Assembly (NCBI GenBank): GCA_963762255.1
Contig: CAVXKA010000002.1
Span: 576,001-640,000, forward strand
Reading direction: 5' to 3'
DNA: 64,000 nucleotides
From: Candidatus Eiseniibacteriota bacterium
Lineage (GTDB): Bacteria; Eisenbacteria; RBG-16-71-46; JABDJR01
Below are positions 61,520 to 64,000 of this stretch, one piece after another. How positions within the stretch are numbered: position 1 is the first letter of the stretch; each line of letters opens with the position of its first letter. The position numbers were made by a program, and so were the translations under genes. The notes beneath the pieces are model-generated. The model worked only from the letters and a program-made list of their open reading frames with translations, searched no databases and was not told the DNA's origin.

Positions 61520-63190
61520 ATGCGCGTCGAAGACTTAAGCATTGCCGAATTGGTCGAGTTCGATGCGGAGGGAGGCACAGTCCGCTTTGCCGGCGAGCGC
61601 GCGCTCATCATTGACGCGACGGCGAAGGGAACCCTGCGCAAGGAGCTGATCAACCACTTCGGCATTAGCACCGCGCGCGCCGTTCTCACCCGTTTCGGGT
61701 TCGTACAGGGCTGGCGCATGGCCGAGGCGATGCAGGACCTGTTCCATTGGGATAACGAGGACGACTGGCAACTGGCCTGCGGTCGAATCCACATGCTCGA
61801 AGGTATGTACCGCCTCGGGCCGGGCACCCCCGGATCGCTGACCGAGGAGGGTCTGACGCTGGTTGGCTCCTATGAAGCGGAGCAGCACGTCGCCCACCTC
61901 GGGCGAAGCGACACCTCGGTGTGCTGGACGATCTGCGGCCTGACCAGCGGTTACCTGAGTCGGATCCTGGGCAAAGAGATGTACGTTCTCGAAGAACGCT
62001 GCATCGGACGGGGTGACGCGGCATGTCGCCTCCTCGGTCGCACCCGCGAGGAGTGGGGCGACAATCGAGCCGCGGAGCTCGCCTTCTATCGAGCCGAGAA
62101 CCTCAAGGAATGGCTCGAGCCCTCGCTCCACCAGATCACCGAGAACCTCAAGGAGACCGAGAGGAAGCTCTACGAGAAGCAGCGCGTGCTCACCCGCCTG
62201 GCCCCCGAGGTGGAGGATCCGCTTGGGATGATCGTGCGGAGTGCCGCCATGCGGCGTGTCATCGATCTCGCGCGAAGAATCGCGAAGGTGGATTCGACCG
62301 CCCTCATCACCGGGGAGAGCGGGACGGGCAAGGAACTCATCGCGCACCTGGTCCACGATGAATCCGCCCGCGCACCGGGGCCGTTCATCGCGGTCAACTG
62401 CGGCGCGATCACGGAGTCACTCCTCGAGAGCGAGCTCTTCGGCCACGCACGCGGTGCGTTCACGGGCGCCGCGCACGAGCGAGCCGGCTTGTTCGAGGCG
62501 GCCAACGGCGGGACGCTGCTGCTCGACGAGATCGGCGACGTCTCTCCAGGCATGCAGGTCAAGCTGCTGCGTGTCCTCCAGGAGCGAGAGATCCGCCGCG
62601 TCGGCGAGAACAAGAGCCGGCCCGTGAACGTGCGGGTGATGGCCGCCACGAACCGCGAACTCGCCGCGGACATCGCGGCCGGTCGCTTCCGCAAGGATCT
62701 GTACTACCGGCTGAACGTGGTGCAAGTCCACGTGCCGGCACTGCGGGATAGGCGGGAGGACATTCTCCCTCTGGCGCGCGTCCTGTTGAGCGATGCCGCC
62801 GAACGGATCGGCCGCCCGGTGACCGGGCTGACTCCGCGCGCCGCGGACCAGTTGTTGCGATACGACTGGCCGGGCAACGTACGCGAACTGGAGAATGCCA
62901 TGGAGCGCGCCGTCGCGCTCGGCCGCGCCAACCTCATCGAGCTCGACGAGCTGCCGGAAGAGGTCCGGCAGGCGGTGCCGATGCCGTCGATTTCCGGTCC
63001 GGTGAGACCACTCGAAGAGATCGAAAAGGACTATATCCTGGCCGTGCTCGACCGCAACGAGGGACACCGGACCCGCACCGCCGAGCAGCTCAACATCGGT
63101 TCGGCGACTCTCTCCCGGAAATTGAAGAGCTACGGAGTCGTACGTGGATCGAGCGCCGCGGGGGACGAGGATTCCACCCTCTCATCTTGA
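61520..63190 (+). CDS. Sigma54-dependent activator with XylR_N + V4R sensory domains
   Basis: F..E-G-V-F-GER (XylR_N); SYEAEQH, CW..G..SGY, E..C-G-GD..C (V4R); GESGTGKE, GAFTGA, LLLDEIG, WPGNVREL; Fis-type HTH. Confidence 0.92.
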   Translation: MRVEDLSIAELVEFDAEGGTVRFAGERALIIDATAKGTLRKELINHFGISTARAVLTRFGFVQGWRMAEAMQDLFHWDNEDDWQLACGRIHMLEGMYRLGPGTPGSLTEEGLTLVGSYEAEQHVAHLGRSDTSVCWTICGLTSGYLSRILGKEMYVLEERCIGRGDAACRLLGRTREEWGDNRAAELAFYRAENLKEWLEPSLHQITENLKETERKLYEKQRVLTRLAPEVEDPLGMIVRSAAMRRVIDLARRIAKVDSTALITGESGTGKELIAHLVHDESARAPGPFIAVNCGAITESLLESELFGHARGAFTGAAHERAGLFEAANGGTLLLDEIGDVSPGMQVKLLRVLQEREIRRVGENKSRPVNVRVMAATNRELAADIAAGRFRKDLYYRLNVVQVHVPALRDRREDILPLARVLLSDAAERIGRPVTGLTPRAADQLLRYDWPGNVRELENAMERAVALGRANLIELDELPEEVRQAVPMPSISGPVRPLEEIEKDYILAVLDRNEGHRTRTAEQLNIGSATLSRKLKSYGVVRGSSAAGDEDSTLSS

Positions 63191-63288
63191 TGGATGTTGC
63201 TCCGTAATCGAGGTGGTTCGCGGATTCCCGATAGGGTCCGTTCTCCTCAAGTGCTGACGACATAGGTACTTGAAGACGCGGGTGCGGA

Positions 63289-63304
63289 CGGCACGGCCCT
63301 TGCT
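63289..63304 (+). promoter_or_regulatory. Sigma54 promoter
   Basis: CGGCACggcccTTGCT. Confidence 0.78.
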
Positions 63305-63316
63305 CTTATCGTATGC

Positions 63317-63457
63317 ATGAGTACCCACCCAGGAACCCATGTCATCAGGTTCGGGGACAGGCTCGTCTGGCGGATCGCCGGCTTGATTGTCGCCGTTACC
63401 TTGATTGTCATCGCATCGGGCTTCATCGGTGGGATTGCCGGTCATTGGGTGAAGTAG
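63317..63457 (+). CDS. Putative 46-aa single-TM peptide
   Basis: Manual translation MSTHPGTHVIRFGDRLVWRIAGLIVAVTLIVIASGFIGGIAGHWVK. The ATG sits at about the expected sigma54 +1; no RBS. Confidence 0.4.
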   Translation: MSTHPGTHVIRFGDRLVWRIAGLIVAVTLIVIASGFIGGIAGHWVK

Positions 63458-63529
63458 TGGGTGAGACCACTCGAAACAACCCCGGGGCCGAGTTCTGAGA
63501 GTACGCCGCATGTCTCTGAGGAAACGATC

Positions 63530-63703
63530 ATGGGAATGACCCTGCAGAGGATGAAAGCGCAGCTCAAACAGTGGCGCAAGAAGATCGAGGGATCTTCGGC
63601 AAGAGCCAGGCAGTCCGGTCCTCGCGCAACGCTTGAAAATCGCCGGCGCATCGATGGGCTATACGCGAGGTGCGCAACGAGGCATCACGGCCCGTCACGT
63701 TGA
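63530..63703 (+). pseudogene. Truncated paralog of the 57183-57452 coiled-coil protein
   Basis: RMKAQLKQW..KIE aligns with KMDAQLKHW..RID; it stops before the AW-DL C-terminal helix. Confidence 0.5.
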
Positions 63704-63760
63704 GGACCGCGTTCCCGACATGGGCTGTCAGTAGATCTCGAATCAATAGGAGGTAGCGTC

Positions 63761-63907
63761 ATGCTCTGGACAATCGCAGTCGTTCTCGTCGTCCTGTGGG
63801 CTCTGGGTTTGCTAGGTCACGTCGGGGGTGGCCTCATTCACATCCTGCTCGTGATAGCCATCATCGCCGTGTTGATCCGGATCATACAGGGCAGAAGAGT
63901 GCTCTAG
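63761..63907 (+). CDS. lmo0937-family small membrane protein (48 aa)
   Basis: AGGAGG RBS; MLWTIAVVLVVLWALGLLGHVGGGLIHILLVIAIIAVLIRIIQGRRVL. Not in the ORF track. Confidence 0.9.
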   Translation: MLWTIAVVLVVLWALGLLGHVGGGLIHILLVIAIIAVLIRIIQGRRVL

Positions 63908-63944
63908 CCTGGACTCACCCGACGGGTTCTGAAGGGAGAAGGGG

Positions 63945-64000
63945 ATGTCCTTCCCACTCTACATAATCGGATTTCTTGTCTTCACCGGTGGCGTGGCCTG
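63945..64000 (+). CDS. Small membrane protein, 5' fragment (runs off the window)
   Basis: Purine-rich RBS followed by MSFPLYIIGFLVFTGGVA. Confidence 0.6.
   Translation, partial: MSFPLYIIGFLVFTGGVA

Noticed and set aside
1-64000. CRISPR arrays, rRNA, IS elements, prophage, reverse transcriptase
   Set aside because: I saw no regularly spaced direct repeats and no matching protein motifs.

Overview
GC-rich bacterial chromosomal window, densely coding. I found no rRNA, CRISPR array, integrase or transposase. Secreted proteins carry an FlgD-type C-terminal domain and a 'STWGKIKS' tail, which suggests a diderm from the FCB-adjacent candidate phyla (e.g. Eisenbacteria/Krumholzibacteria; inference only). 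1-24 kb is mostly housekeeping: YyaL-like, TrmJ, MlaEFD, bactofilin, MetH, a CBM20-esterase, squalene/phytoene synthase, tRNA-Glu, LexA, ABC-F, a PAS histidine kinase and an M1 aminopeptidase. It also holds an unannotated ~200-nt structured transcript with its own promoter and terminator. At 24-28 kb a sigma54-driven 60-aa lipopeptide gene abuts, convergently, a Ser/Thr kinase-NTPase-TPR protein; this is a candidate peptide/receptor signalling pair. At 32-38 kb is an Rrf2-headed sulfur redox operon: octaheme Otr, a heptaheme c/cytochrome b fusion, and a YeeE pair, one carrying a rhodanese domain and a SoxY-like GGCG tail. 43-64 kb is an envelope/stress island with five sigma54 promoters around a XylR/V4R-type activator; it includes cyclic beta-1,2-glucan synthase, a diguanylate cyclase, beta-barrels and a PA2779/C39-peptidase pair. 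Four genes are split by apparent single-base insertions, probably assembly errors. All family assignments come from motif recognition by eye, not from database searches.
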